Positions 1-12,379 are shown, counted from the first letter of the stretch. The stretch is 64,000 nt of DNA from Tubiluchus corallicola (GCA_030141605.1 JAQGDQ010000810.1:29212-93211); one strand, 5' to 3'. Numbers and translations are program-made. Notes: generated by a model from the sequence alone, not told the origin.

Positions 1-292
1 AATGTCATTATATTTTACTGAATGTGATAATAATAAACTAAAAAACAAAATTTTTAATAATTTAAACTGTTATCACGGCAACTGGCAAAATATCATTGCA
101 TCACAATCCCTGCATAGATTCAAAGAAAAGCATGTTGATCTTATTGACAATATGAAGCTATTTTCACTTTTGCTTAGTTTGCAAAGAGTGTGCACTGATT
201 TTCAAACTTTACACAATGTTGTTTAAACTATGCAAAATTTCGAGACGAAATTTTTAAGCTTTATTTATGCAAAAATGTGTTCTTGTCCTTTA
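1..292. mobile_element. Partial Kolobok-like MITE end
   Basis: Ends ttcttgtcct+TTAA, matching the TIR of the elements at 7837-8519 and 36158. Confidence 0.5.
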
Positions 293-353
293 ATGTAAAT
301 TACTGCTTGGCACCTAGATGTTTCTACTGTACAGTAGTTGCTTAAATACGTAG

Positions 354-600
354 TGCCAGTTCAAATAAGCCGGATGGCTCATTGCTCAAGTGTGCATGTA
401 TTAAATAAAGGTCACCTCTCTTCTGTAGACATTTCGTACCTGAGGTGTATCGTAGCTACCTGTTTGTGCCAGAAGTGTAAGCTGATAGGCTGTTATCGTT
501 TTGCGTTGTGTCCCTTTCTAGATGTTTACTTGACCCCATCCTAATTTTTTTCACTATGTTCGCTATGTTTGGATATGTTCATGTTCGCTATGTTTGGATA
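354..600 (+). CDS. Gene A tentative upstream microexons (354-389, 429-476, 522-~580)
   Basis: AG/GT-bounded segments separated by 39- and 45-nt introns join in frame as ASSNKPDGSLLK-HFVPEVYRSYLFVPEV-CLLDPILIFFTMFA. The first donor (GTGTGC) is weak, and the end of the third exon is obscured by a minisatellite. Confidence 0.4.
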
Positions 601-1165
601 TGTTCATGTTCGTTATGTTTGGATATGTTCATGTTCGTTATGTTTGGATATGTTCATGTTCGTTATGTTTGGATATGTTCATGTTCGTTATGTTTGGATA
701 TGTTCATGTTCGTTATGTTTGGATATGTTCACGTTCGTTATGTTTGGATATGTTCACGTTCGTTATGTTTGGATATGTTCATATTCGCTATGTTTGGATA
801 TGTTCATATTCGTTATGTTTGGATATGTTCATATTCGCTATGTTTGGATATGTTCATGTTTGTTATGTTTGGATATGTTCATGTTCGTTATGTTTGGATA
901 TGTTCATATTCGCTATGTTTGGATATGTTCATGTTCGTTATGTTTGGATATGTTCATGTTCGTTATGTTTGGATATGTTCATGTTCGTTATGTTTGGATA
1001 TGCTCATGTTCGTTATGTTTGGATATGTTCATATTCGCTATGTTTGGATATGTTCATGTTCGTTATGTTTGGATATGTTCCTGTTCGTTATGTTTGGATA
1101 TGTTCATATTCGCTATGTTTGGATATGTTCATGTTCATTATGTTTGGATATGTTCATATTCGCTA
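554..1165. repeat. 25-bp minisatellite, 24 copies
   Basis: Unit atgttcgttatgtttggatatgttc; ttcgcta at 559 and 1159. Confidence 0.97.
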
Positions 1166-1345
1166 GTGCTGTAAATAGTTGGAGGCCGTGTGTTATACAG
1201 TACAAAACACCTTGGAGATGCAGTTTGCCTTGCAGTCAGTCACCCATCCATTTCATGACATAAACATACTGAGCAGTGCTTAACTATGCTGGCTAAACAT
1301 ACACTACGACCATTCAACTATTCTACTTTTTTTACACGTATTCAG

Positions 1346-1390
1346 CAGACATACACGAGTGCTGAGGAATTAGCACAGAGCGTTTTATAC
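1346..1390 (+). CDS. Gene A microexon (QTYTSAEELAQSVLY) with GC donor
   Basis: T-rich tract plus tcagcag acceptor, 45-nt open frame, GCAAGT donor at 1391; joins phase 0 to 2522. Confidence 0.55.
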
Positions 1391-1534
1391 GCAAGTTTAA
1401 AAATACCATATTTTATAGTTGAATGCCTTAACTTAATGCATAAGAAGTAAATATTAAAGATATGTAAAGATATTTTATAGTTGTTGCTGTATGCTTAAGA
1501 AATTACTTGCGAAAGTGCATCTGTAGCGTGTGTG

Positions 1535-2390
1535 CGAAAGAGACGAGAGAGAGAGAGGGAAAGAGGAAATATGGATAGAAAGAAGAGAAAGTTAGGCAAA
1601 GGAAAACATACGACTGACGCATACAGAGTGGAGCGAGAAAGGAGGGAGAGAGAGGTGAGAGGGAAAGAGGAAATATGGATGAGAAGAGAGAAAGTTAGGC
1701 AAAGGAAAACATACGACTGACACATACAGAGTGGCGGGAGAAAAAGAGAGAAAGCTGGAGAGGGAGAAAGAGGTGAGAGGGAGAGAGAGAGAGAAAGCGG
1801 GAGAGAGAGAGGTGAGAGGGAAATAGGAAATATGGATAGGAAGAGAGAAAGTTAGACAAAGGAAAACATACGACTGACACATACAGAGTGGCGGGAGAAA
1901 AAGAGAGAAAGTCGGAGAGGGAGAGAGAGAGAGAGAGAGAGAGAAAGCGGGAAAGAGAGAGAGGTGAGAGGGAAATAGGAAATATGGATAGCAAGAGAGA
2001 AAGTTAGACAAAGGAAAACATACAACTGACACATACAGAGTGGCGGGAGAAAAAGAGAGAAAGCCGGAGAGGGAGAAAGAGGTGAGAGGGAGAGAGAGAA
2101 TGAGAAAGCGGGAGAGAGAGAGAGAGAGGTGAGAGGGAAATAGGAAATATGGATAGGAAGAGAGAAAGTTAGACAAAAGAAAACATACAACTGACACATA
2201 CAGAGTGGCGCGAGAAAGGAGGGAGAAAAAGAGAGAAAGCTAGAGAGTGAGAAAGAGGTGAGAGGGAAAGAGGAAATATGGATAGGAAGAGAGAAAGTTA
2301 GACAAAGGAAAACAAACGACTGACACATACAGAGTGGCACGAGAAATTGAGGGAGGGAGAGAGAGAGGGAGAATGAAGGAGAGAGAGAGA
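1535..2390. repeat. GA-rich complex tandem repeat (~6 variable units)
   Basis: Recurrent ggaaatatggataggaagagagaaagttagacaaaggaaaacatacgactgacacatacagagtgg; a single related copy lies at 6043-6128. Confidence 0.9.
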
Positions 2391-2521
2391 TAGTGGAGAG
2401 ACAAACAAGTCACTCACCCTTTATACATGATGTTGATTCATACGTGATAACTATGATTTACGATGCGTTTCATTGTGTGACATTATTTAACTTAGGCTTG
2501 AGATGTGTGTACTTTTTGCAG

Positions 2522-2548
2522 GAAGTTATGCGAGTACTGTACAACGCT
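2522..2548 (+). CDS. Gene A microexon (EVMRVLYNA)
   Basis: tttttgcag acceptor, GTTAGT donor, followed by a 44-nt intron. Confidence 0.6.
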
Positions 2549-2592
2549 GTTAGTGCCGCTTGTAAAAAAAATTTCAATTTTTGAAATTTCAG

Positions 2593-2655
2593 TTAAACGA
2601 ATTGAAAGAGAAAATTCGATTGACCGCTGAAATGCCGGAGGAAGAATTCTGCAAA
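2593..2655 (+). CDS. Gene A exon (LNELKEKIRLTAEMPEEEFCK)
   Basis: tttcag acceptor, GTATGT donor, phase 0/0, continuous with 3676. Confidence 0.7.
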
Positions 2656-2932
2656 GTATGTGAATAGTTCCTCCTCGAGAGAGTCAATGCTGGTTTTCTT
2701 GGCTTCCCTTTTTTTATTAATGGTCTCCCATTTCTAACTTTAAATGTTTTTTTATTATGGTTCGCTAATTCCATATGCAACTTTATTGTCACAAAAATGG
2801 AGAAGAATTTAGAAAAATGATCCGATCAATGATTGAGTGAGTGATTGGTACGGAAAGTATTCGAAAATCGATTATTGTAATCAATCGCCTCACATGAAAA
2901 CTTCAATAAGTCTTTAGAACTTCTGCCACCGT

Positions 2933-3410
2933 TAAAGGGGAAGTGTGTTCCAAAAAACTTTCCGCACAAAGTGATATTATTTAGCATTACGCTTACCTGT
3001 TTGAAAAACTTAGGTAAGTGGAAAAGAAAATTCTTAATAATTTAAAATAATCACGCCACCTGATAAAACATCGCTGTACCGCCATCCCAGTGTGCACCAC
3101 TGGCTTATCAAAAGAATACATTATTGCGCTTATTAAATATTAAGTCAAATTTTTATATTTTTGCTTAAGTCAACAAAGTGTGTGCTACAAATGGTCTGAT
3201 CATATTTACTTTATCCAATGTTATGTAAACTTGTTTTAAATGAATCGCTGTACCTAACGATCATCATGACAGTTTAAAATTACAAGTTTCATACAGCGTT
3301 ACTGCTAACGCAAGCCCTGTATGCAGTAAGAGAACTTGCAAGCGGTAGGATTTCCAAGACGAAATTTTTAAGTCTTATTTGCGAAGAGTGTTTTCTTTTG
3401 ATCTTTAATG
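2933..3410. mobile_element. Degenerate Kolobok-like MITE
   Basis: Starts ttaaagggg; internal motifs (gtgcacc, tgtgctacaaatggtctgat) are shared with the copy at 36158-36778. Confidence 0.45.
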
Positions 3411-3675
3411 AAAAGATCGACTTTTACAGCAATCATTCTATGAGAACAAAACAATAACTGAATATGTTCATATTCGGATTTCGTTTTATATTCCAGGATT
3501 CCGAAATTGAATCTTGGATTAAGTAGAAATTGAAACTTTATCCAGAAAAGAATTTTAGTGTTTTAGTGACCCGAGTGCCATTTGCTCTAAGTGGAATGAA
3601 TATATTTGTTTGTTTTTTATCACAACTACCGTAGAGTTTATCAGATAAACTAACAAATATTTATGTATTTTGCAG

Positions 3676-5040
3676 CTGGCGTCTGAACAACGAGGAGCTC
3701 GGCGCGAAAAAGCCAAGTACTTTGCTCAGAACTTTGAAAGCAAAGGACTTCCCGATGAAGACCTTCACGAGTTCTTGGCCTTGTGCATGGACAAAGACCC
3801 GTCGGTCATGCAAACTGTGGCCAAAGAGCTGAACGTTAATCTGGACGAAGACCAGGACATCCCGTCGCTAGACCTGCGCAGCGGTAACAAGCGCAGAAAT
3901 GTGAAAGACAATTTTGTGGACAACAAAATGGACATTGTGTCAGATACAGCTTACCAGTGCGTAGGTAAGACTGAGGCCAGGTTTAAACAGGAAGACAAGC
4001 CTGCATCTGAAAATCGTGATAAGTCTGACCGGTGGTCAGCGAAAAATGACTGCAATACCGGTAGCTTGCACTCCGAAAACGCCGAGCCATCTAAACCGGT
4101 GCTGAATGGCACTTTGTCGGGAACCTCCGATGACGATGACTCGACTGATTTAAAATGTGTAATCGTGGATTCATCAATGAAGCCAGACATATCTAATGAG
4201 CAACGTGTAGATAAGACGTGGAACTCTTCCCAGAAAAAACTGCTTCATGGACTCGCGCCAAAGAGTGCATTTTCTAGTAGTCTGAAAAATCCAGATCCAG
4301 AAAAACTTATAGACTGGAAAAAAGCGGAGTCCACTTCCGTGCGTCACAGATTTAAAGGCAGTTCGTCTGGCTGTGAAAATGTGAGACTAATATCGGCAAA
4401 GCCTTTACCTGAGGCAGACAGTATACCATCTAGTCAATTTAAGCGGCCGGTTAATTACCCGGTGTCTGACGAAGTGACCATGATAAAACTCAGAGGCGTA
4501 GACCTCGATACGCGTTACGCCTACAGACCGCTTAATTACGCTTCAGACAGTTCGGACGGTATTCCGTTCGCAGACGATACCTCAGGAGAAGATACGACGG
4601 AAACGGAAGCAAATAGGACTAGTCACGAGGAGACTGAATCCACGGAACAGTCTTCCCCGAGTGAAGCATTACTTTGTAAAGTTGGCAAACCTTCGTACGG
4701 GACCGTTCAAAAATCTAGCGGGCTATATCCGTCTATTTACCCGTCATTGGACGGCGTGCGCGCCGAGGAGAAGGCGCAGCAGTACGCTAGCTTGTTAGCC
4801 AATCGCGACACGACCGATGGCTGCGAAAGGGAAATAGAGATGAAGACGCTAGAACGCGGAGACGAAAGATCGCGTGACGTCGACGACGGCGTGGATTTCC
4901 CGCTGCAGACGGGCAGCAACCGCAGCAGCGTCGAACGAGTCGTGGTCATAGACCAAGCTCAGAATGTCGCGGCAATTACTCAACCAGCCAATGAGTTCAA
5001 GTCGAGAAATTCCATCCGGAGACAACAATCGGGATCGCCG
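3676..5040 (+). CDS. Gene A large exon (455 aa; helical start, then S/D/E-rich disordered region)
   Basis: Lies within ORF 3670-5073; ttttgcag acceptor; CCG|GTAATT donor; GC content higher than flanks. Confidence 0.85.
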
Positions 5041-5468
5041 GTAATTTATAACATTGGTCTTCTGCGTCTTTGATGACTAGTAACTAGTATCATGATTGTG
5101 TAACATCAATAGAATTGCTCAAGTTTATTGGCACCAGTTAATGTTCTTGCTAACCGACCCTTGTACTCTTTAATAGAGCGTTATGCCGCACCAGTGCTGC
5201 TTGACCTTTAATCTTGTTTGAGTTTGCAACTTAATGTTTGGGGTTATTAACTTGCCAAGTATCTCAGATGGCCTTCCTTTTAATGGAGAGTTACGAAAGT
5301 TTTCGTAATTTATTGTCGAAACTATGTCTTTGTTAGAAATAATCTTATTCGGAAGTAATCGTAGATAAATTGACAGCACTTGTAGCAATAGGTCGGAAAT
5401 GCCGTTGCGAAAAAGTTGTGATATGCCCTGCTTATTTATACAATTTAAACAGTTACTTGATCATGGCT

Positions 5469-5999
5469 TAGAGGAAAGGCCAAACTTTCTGGAAATTCAG
5501 TTTATTCAAATTCATTTTAAACTTATTTCAATCTTTGCAAAAAATGTTAGAAAGATTTAGTAGTAAAAGCATAAGCGCCTCGTGTAATTAGTAAAATATC
5601 TTTATAGTTGCGATCATTTCACACTTGGGTGCTCTTATTTTGAACGCCTATTCTTCCGCCGATGAGGTCATACATCAAGTAAAGAAACCGGTGCACTGTC
5701 AATTTTTGTCAAGCTTGATAAGCTTAATAATATAGCTAATTTCGCGAGGTTTTTGCGTAAACATTAATTAAGCTACAGAAGTGTGAATCAGTTTAAGCAC
5801 TTACAAAAAGTAACGATGCGCTTACGAAAAGTCACAATTTTCAAGTGAATGGTGGCTGCCCGAAAATTTCCGTGCAGCTGTAGTCTAAATTAACTCTGTG
5901 CTTTTTAAACAGTTGTGCGCATTTCTTCTTAAATGCTAATAGTCATAAAATAAACCCAGCATCCTAACAAGGCAAGAAGTGACTTGGCCTTTTCTGTAA
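5469..5999. mobile_element. Kolobok-like MITE, family 2 (ttaaaggaaagg...)
   Basis: Shares tgttagaa..atttagta..aagcgcctcgtgtaattagtaaaat with copies near 42.2, 55.9, 58.7, 60.4 and 63.9 kb. Confidence 0.65.
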
Positions 6000-6195
6000 G
6001 ATTTTTAAGGGGTCTACTCCTTAATAACTTCATAACTTCATGTGAGAGAGAGAGAGAGAGAGGGGGGGGGAAATATGGATGGGAAGAGAGAAAGTTGCAC
6101 AAAGGAAAACATACGATGACACATACATACTTTGTTAATTATATGATGAACTATCATTTTTACTTTCTTCACACGCTAACTTTCCATATTTGTAG

Positions 6196-6352
6196 GTGTC
6201 AAGTGACACGGTTGCAGCTGAAAAGAATCCGCCGTTTTGTTATCCTCCGCACCCGGATTTGATGTTGAAGCCAGTGGAGAGCATCCTCGATAACATCGCT
6301 GCAAACGACAAGGCAGCTACAAAGATTCATTTGAAAAGTAACAGAATTGAAG
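6196..6352 (+). CDS. Gene A exon
   Basis: tttgtag acceptor, GAAG|GTAAAC donor, phase 0/1. Confidence 0.75.
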
Positions 6353-6575
6353 GTAAACGATGCCGTACTTGTAACAGAATTGTACGTTTGACAAAATGAG
6401 CAATGGCGGTTTTATATACCCTACGCTTCGGCACGCGGTAAACTGGAAGCTGGCATTCCGTAGCTACGCATACTCGGTGTTAATAGTTGTGGCGTGAATG
6501 AAACTTGGTCATTGTCGAGGCTAACCCTCGCACGTGCGACTGAAAATGAGCCACTAAACTGGCCAGAGATGTCCT

Positions 6576-6917
6576 GATTTCATTAACTAGATGATGACTG
6601 TGAATTCCAGAATGTTCATAAACCGCTGCAATTTATTTTGTAACATCTATTACCCATTGCGGTGCTCTCGGATTAGGTGCTACAAGGAGGAAATGTCGTG
6701 TGCTCTGTCACGTTGGATTGGTAGTTCAGCTAGAGGCACATGGATGTACTAATCCCAGGTCTCCGGTTCTAATCCCGACTAGTCGACAATTTTTCAGCAT
6801 CTCCTTTCTTCATATCATTACCCACAATAGGTAATAACTGGTAAAATAAACCACGTAAAAATAAAGTGGCTTATGAACATTCTGAGCATTCACATTCATA
6901 ATCTAGTTAATGAAATC
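6576..6917. mobile_element. TIR element containing a tRNA-like segment
   Basis: Perfect 17-bp inverted ends gatttcattaactagat/atctagttaatgaaatc; A/B-box-like motifs at ~6715-6780. Confidence 0.7.
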
Positions 6918-6979
6918 GTTAAGTGCCAATTAATCTGAAGAATAAAAGTTGGTTCCCTGATATTTTGACCACATTCGAG

Positions 6980-7290
6980 TGTGAATGCGTCCTCTCTTAA
7001 CGAGGTGAACAGCCAGAATCAGCAAGGCGAGCGAAACTATTGAACCAAGCCTGCCACAAACCATTTACTGACTAAATTTGGTGTGGCGTAATTTCGATTG
7101 CAATGCTTACGTTGCTCTGTTTCTAGCATTCTCTGTTTCTGTGAATGCGTCCTCTCTTAACGAGGTGAACAGCCGGAATCAGCAAGGCGAGCGAAACTAT
7201 TGAACCGGGCCTGCCACAAACCGTTTACTAACTAAATTTAGCGTGGCGTAATTTCGATTGCAATGCTTACGTTGCTCTGTTTCTAGCATT
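6980..7290. repeat. ~160-bp direct tandem duplication
   Basis: gtgaatgcgtcctctcttaacgagg... occurs at 6981 and 7141. Confidence 0.92.
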
Positions 7291-7532
7291 TGCGCTTATG
7301 TGCACAGTAGCAAGTTCGTGCATGTTGCATTGTCTAGATTTAAAACAATGCAGTCATCACATTGTGACAAAGTTCTTGTATTGCAAATATTAATCAACTG
7401 CATTGCAACTCGTACAGAAATCACCTATTACGTGACTTATAAAAACTACAAAGTCAGTTTATTTGTTAAAGCAAATCAAGACGAGAACACTTCATATGTC
7501 AAAAACCTTCTATTTGTTCGTTTTTTTAATAG

Positions 7533-7696
7533 GGGGCAGCAGGTTCGACATTAACGGCAACCCCATTCCGTACGGTTCCGAAACGGGCGCTCGCCCTAAA
7601 GATTTCCCTCAGCGGCAGTCGCTGCTGGAGTCCGGTTACGGGAACGACCGATTCCAGCAGAAGAAACAAAAAAAGCAAATGAAAGAAGCCAACAAG
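7533..7696 (+). CDS. Gene A exon
   Basis: tttttaatag acceptor, AAG|GTAAAA donor, phase 1/0; GSRFDINGNPIPYGSETGARPKD...KKQKKQMKEANK. Confidence 0.78.
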
Positions 7697-7836
7697 GTAA
7701 AAGATTCATCTGCAGCTAATGATATTTTTCTGTGAGATTCAACTTGGTAAGATTGCTTGCCACTAAAAATTACCGATGCTGGTAACATTAATGCCTTTAA
7801 GTTGTTGTTAATCAACTGTTTACTAGGAGGACTTAA

Positions 7837-8519
7837 AGTGCAAGAAAACCCTTCATAAACATAAAGCTTGAAAAATTCGTTTTGAAATTTTATATCGCTT
7901 ACATATACTGCGTTTTTTGCATGCAGGACTTCAATCGGCAGTCACGCTGTATAAAACATGTAAATTTAAATTCCCGCGATGACCGTTAGACGCGGCCATT
8001 TTCACGGCAGGTCATTTGAAACAAATTTAGATAACATTTTGTAAAGTTTGAAAAAATAATCAGAGCATTCGTAGCGCACAAGTCACTAACTAAATAAACT
8101 TTAAAATTTCTGTATCTTGTCAATAAGATTAAAAATACATTTTTTGGGTTGTGAGTGGTGCACCCTGGAGGGTGAGTCAGCGACATTTTGCCAATTGGTG
8201 AAAACATTTTAAATAATTAATAATTTCCTTTTCTAGTTACATAAGTCTTTCTAGCAAGTAAGCATCTAAGTAATATAGATTTACACGGAAAGTCCTTTGA
8301 GACATAATTTGACATTGCCTTTTCTTCCCTTCATTTACGTTTGGTGCATGACTTCATGTAATGGCGACTTCGGAACAGTATTGCGGGAGATTTAAAATGA
8401 AAACAAACTAAAATTCCTTTCAGTGCGAGTAAGATATACGCATAAAATTGCTATAAAGTCATATAATTTTTTAAGTCCATTTTTCTGAAACCTACTTCAG
8501 GTGCCCCTTTTCTTGTACT
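7837..8519. mobile_element. Kolobok-like MITE, family 1
   Basis: TTAA TSD (7833-7836, 8520-8523); TIR agtgcaagaaaa/ttttcttgtact; inverted near-identical copy at 36158-36778. Confidence 0.85.
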
Positions 8520-9470
8520 TTAAGTTACGACTCCAGGAGGACTTAAGTAGCTTGAAAACTAGTAGAACAGAATAGAACAGAAATTTGTTTTTTCCTTTTC
8601 ATACATAAAAAACGTGATACATACAGGAGAGTTCCCATGGTCAGTTAAAATCCTGGAAAATCCTTGAAAATACAGGAAAAGTCAAAAAAAATGATGAAAA
8701 TGGGGCGAAAAGTCAGGGAAATTGGAAAGGGTTGCAAATCACCGAGAACGGATATCTTTCCAAACATATTTTTCAGTGATTCGTGTTAAAATAAAACTGC
8801 TATGACAGGCTCCCAGTTTTGATTCCTCTTCCAAAAATAATGACTGGCCGACACATTATATATCAGTGTACGTATGCATGTGGTGTGCAGTAAAAAAATT
8901 ATCCAGGGAATTAGACGGAAACAGAAGTATTTTTATTAATTCGACCCTGTGACGATGGCTGTGCCTTACGGTTATGATCTATTATGATGGTAAATGGTTT
9001 TCTCAAAGATTTAGTGTAATTTGAAGTGAAAATTACGTTTCATGTCAATGCAGAATATCCATTTTCATAAAAGTGTTTTCCACATTAGAGAAAGATGTCC
9101 TAATAATAGTACTAACAGGCCAACCTTCTGGGTATGATATTAAACCTTTTTGACTTTAACCTGGAATCACTTACGGGTGGTGATTTTATTGATTTTTTTC
9201 CGACTGTTTGTCCGTCTGTTTAACTCTTTCATTTCTTCTTATTTATTATCAGACTATGTAAATGAATGCTTACATATGAATTTCAAGTGAAGAATTTCGT
9301 AACTTTATTCCTCGAAACTTTCATGTGTTGTTTGAATATTGTTATAACTGAATACTAAAAGTCAGGAAAACTCCTGAAAATGTGTTGTTTTGTGTTTGTT
9401 AGACTGCTGAGAGGAATTTCCGTTCAGCTGGTGGAAGGGGGTGGGGGGCATTAATCACATCAGTAAACTA

Positions 9471-9989
9471 CAGGGATGAGAATTTTCCCTGGATACGCGG
9501 AATTCCGAGTTTTTGGAAGACCAGTAGTGCCATTTTTGTAAATCGCGTAAATTCGTTGAGAAAATTTTTACGAACCCAGTACATTATTTCACAAGCTGAC
9601 CGCTAGGTGGTAGGCCGTCACTTTGTTTACATCACGTACATCAGTTTAACCACGTGTTCTATGTATAAAAATACAGAATCAATTGTGCGGAGTTATTTGA
9701 GTCAATTGCAGACAGTTTTTATATACTTTTGCATAGGAGCGACCAGTACTTAGGCATTTTCTGAGACAATTAGGTATCATGTATCCTTGATAGTTGGGTA
9801 TTTTAAATTATGCACGAAACAAGGTAATTGATATTTTAAGTCCACTTAGAGGCTTTCTATGCTCACAAAATTGCAATTTGTTGCTGGCTCCAAGGGGGTT
9901 TTGCCCCCTTGAACCCCATGGGGGCCTACGCGGCCCCCAAATCTCCGACCTGTTTCAAAGTTTTTTGCAATTTGTCATTCTCATCCCTG
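9471..9989. mobile_element. MITE with 13-bp TIR and 6-bp TSD (hAT6-like)
   Basis: TIR cagggatgagaat/attctcatccctg; aaacta flanks both sides; second copy at 19803-20302. Confidence 0.9.
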
Positions 9990-10151
9990 AAACTAGCTAA
10001 TCAATGCCAATTAATTCCATGTATTTTAATGAAAGGAAGGTAATGCATATGTTTTTCTGTTACCTGCAGTACTTAACATTACACTAGAGCTGTAATAAAA
10101 TGGCAGTTGTATGTTGGAGTTTCAATAGATTATCTTTTTTACATGCCGCAG

Positions 10152-12335
10152 GGCTACAAGACTGCTGGCGAACTACACGGTAACCGCGGCAACATGGAAA
10201 TTGACGAACTCATCGAGTTTATCGACGGGCCGCAGCCAAAGAGCAAGGAGGTCGACAAAGACAAACGACGAAAGAACAAGAAGAAAGAGAATCCGATTGT
10301 CAGTCCGCCGCTGAAAAAAGCAAAAGAGAACTCGATCGTGACGAGTAACAGCGGCTCCGTGGTGATCGACATTTACAGCAATAGCAGCAGTGACGTTTCA
10401 CAAGATGGGAAAGAACTTTCAGCTCCGATCCCGGACGACATCCCTAAGTTTGACCATTCCATTTTTGACAGAGGAGTTGATGCGGACTCTTCGGACGAAA
10501 AATTCTGCGTCGTGAAGAAAAAGCAGAAAACGGGTTCGAAACACCGCGGGACTCACAATTCCGGAGAAAGTTACGCGTCGCGGAAGATTTCTCATTCCAC
10601 CGCAGACGGTCGCAGAAACTCGACCGGAAACGCTCCCGTAGATTGTCTCTCTCCCGAATACGCTAGCGACGTGGAATCAATTAGGTCGCTTCCGGTAACC
10701 AGTAGAAAACTTTCCGTTGACCACGACGGAAACTCGACCGTAAGCTCGCCTACGTCTCCCGTGGAGAAAGTGACCAAGTCGTCGTACGCCGATGCGATTA
10801 AAGCACACAAAGACGTGCACAAGGACGATACGAGGCAAAAAATTTGCAGTGACTCTAATCCTGGACACCCACCTGTTGCTAACAGTGCACGACCGAGTTC
10901 TTCATGTGGTAGTAAAACAGATGAACTTGACCAAGATGTTCGGGATGCGAATGATACTCAGTCGAGTCCCAGTGCTTCACAGAGCTGTGCTCTTGAACCG
11001 CCGTCTTCGCTCGTAGAAAGTAAAGTCTGTGATACCCAAACAATTTTACCGAAAAACCCTAATAGTGTTCATGTACATGAAAAAGAAGAAGAAGAAGAAA
11101 CTAATTGTGAAGCGCCGGTGCAAAGAAATGACGGAAAGAATGCAAGGGAAACCACTACTGCTGTAGAAGTAAGTAATCCGAAAAGCAGCGGTAATAGCGA
11201 AACTAATAAGGCAGTCGTCGCGTACGTCCCGCAAGCTGCAATTTTACCGGCTTGGAAGGGCGTTGACAATAATCAGCTCGGTAACAGCGAAACTGCAGGC
11301 GCTGCATCTTGTGACAATCAAGCTTTATCGGCTGCCTTAGTGTTGCCACCACAAACTGAAAAAAGTTGGCCAAAAGTCACCGTTTCGACGTCGGCAGCGG
11401 CGGGAACGGGTGGTGTTTACGCCACAAAATCAACAAGTTCAGAAGTTTGTTCGGGTAAAAGCAGCTGTGCAAAAACTAGTGCCGAAAACGGAGTTGTCAT
11501 TTCTAGTGAGAGCATCGAGTCTAAAAATGAAAATGTTCTGGACAAATTTGCTCAGCGTAATGTGAATGTTAAAATGTTGAACAATGTTATGGTCTCGCCT
11601 CAAGCAAACGAAACAAACTCTGACTTGATAAACTCAAGAAAATGTACTGGTGAACTAGACCAGTCTAAGTGTGTAGATAATAGTTCTAGTAAGTTGTCTA
11701 ATAGCGCTAAACCTGTTGTAAATAACCAATCGAATGGCTTCGCTCAACAGCTATTAATTAACGTAAACGAAGAAGACAGTTTTCCTAGTCTACCGTGTAA
11801 ACCCGCAATCGTCACAAACGTGCCTGTAGAACAGAAACAGCCCCCCGCGCGTAGCTACGCGGCAGTGTGTCAAAAGACGAACCCCCGATGGTTCGACTTC
11901 TCGATAGATCCGGGTCAGTACGACGTCGGCCGTATTCCTCCGTGCTGCTTTGACGGCAACGATAACGGCTTAGTGAAAGCTAAAGACGCCGCCGAGTTTG
12001 CTCAAGTTTATAATGTGGTGCGCAATAACGGTAATATAGTTAGCTCAGTGAACGTAATGAATGAATGTGTGCCATTGACTAACAACGTCGCTTGCACCAA
12101 GGATACTGTTTTGTTCACGTCTAGTAGCGGTGCGGGAAGCGACTCCGTACTCGTGGAACCTGCCGGACGTGCCGACCAGAAACGACCGAAAGCAACTGAC
12201 CCGCAGCGGTGTCGCGGCAGGGTGATCTTTGACATTGGTGGCAAGAAGAAGTCATCGGTTAGAAACGTCGCCGACGACCATGGCTTATCTTTCGGCTTTG
12301 AACCGGTCTTCACTGGAACAGAATGCAGTGGTCAG
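10152..12335 (+). CDS. Gene A large exon (728 aa, Ser/Asn-rich disordered)
   Basis: Lies within the 748-aa ORF 10107-12353; ccgcag acceptor; CAG|GTTAGT donor; phase 0/0; begins GYKTAGELHGNRGNMEIDELIEFIDG. Confidence 0.88.
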
Positions 12336-12379
12336 GTTAGTAATAACATCTGATTTCTTAAATTTTTCCCGACAGAACC

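Noticed and set aside
1495-2340. Leu/Ser/Phe-rich minus-strand ORFs
   Set aside because: They are translations of the GA-rich repeat.
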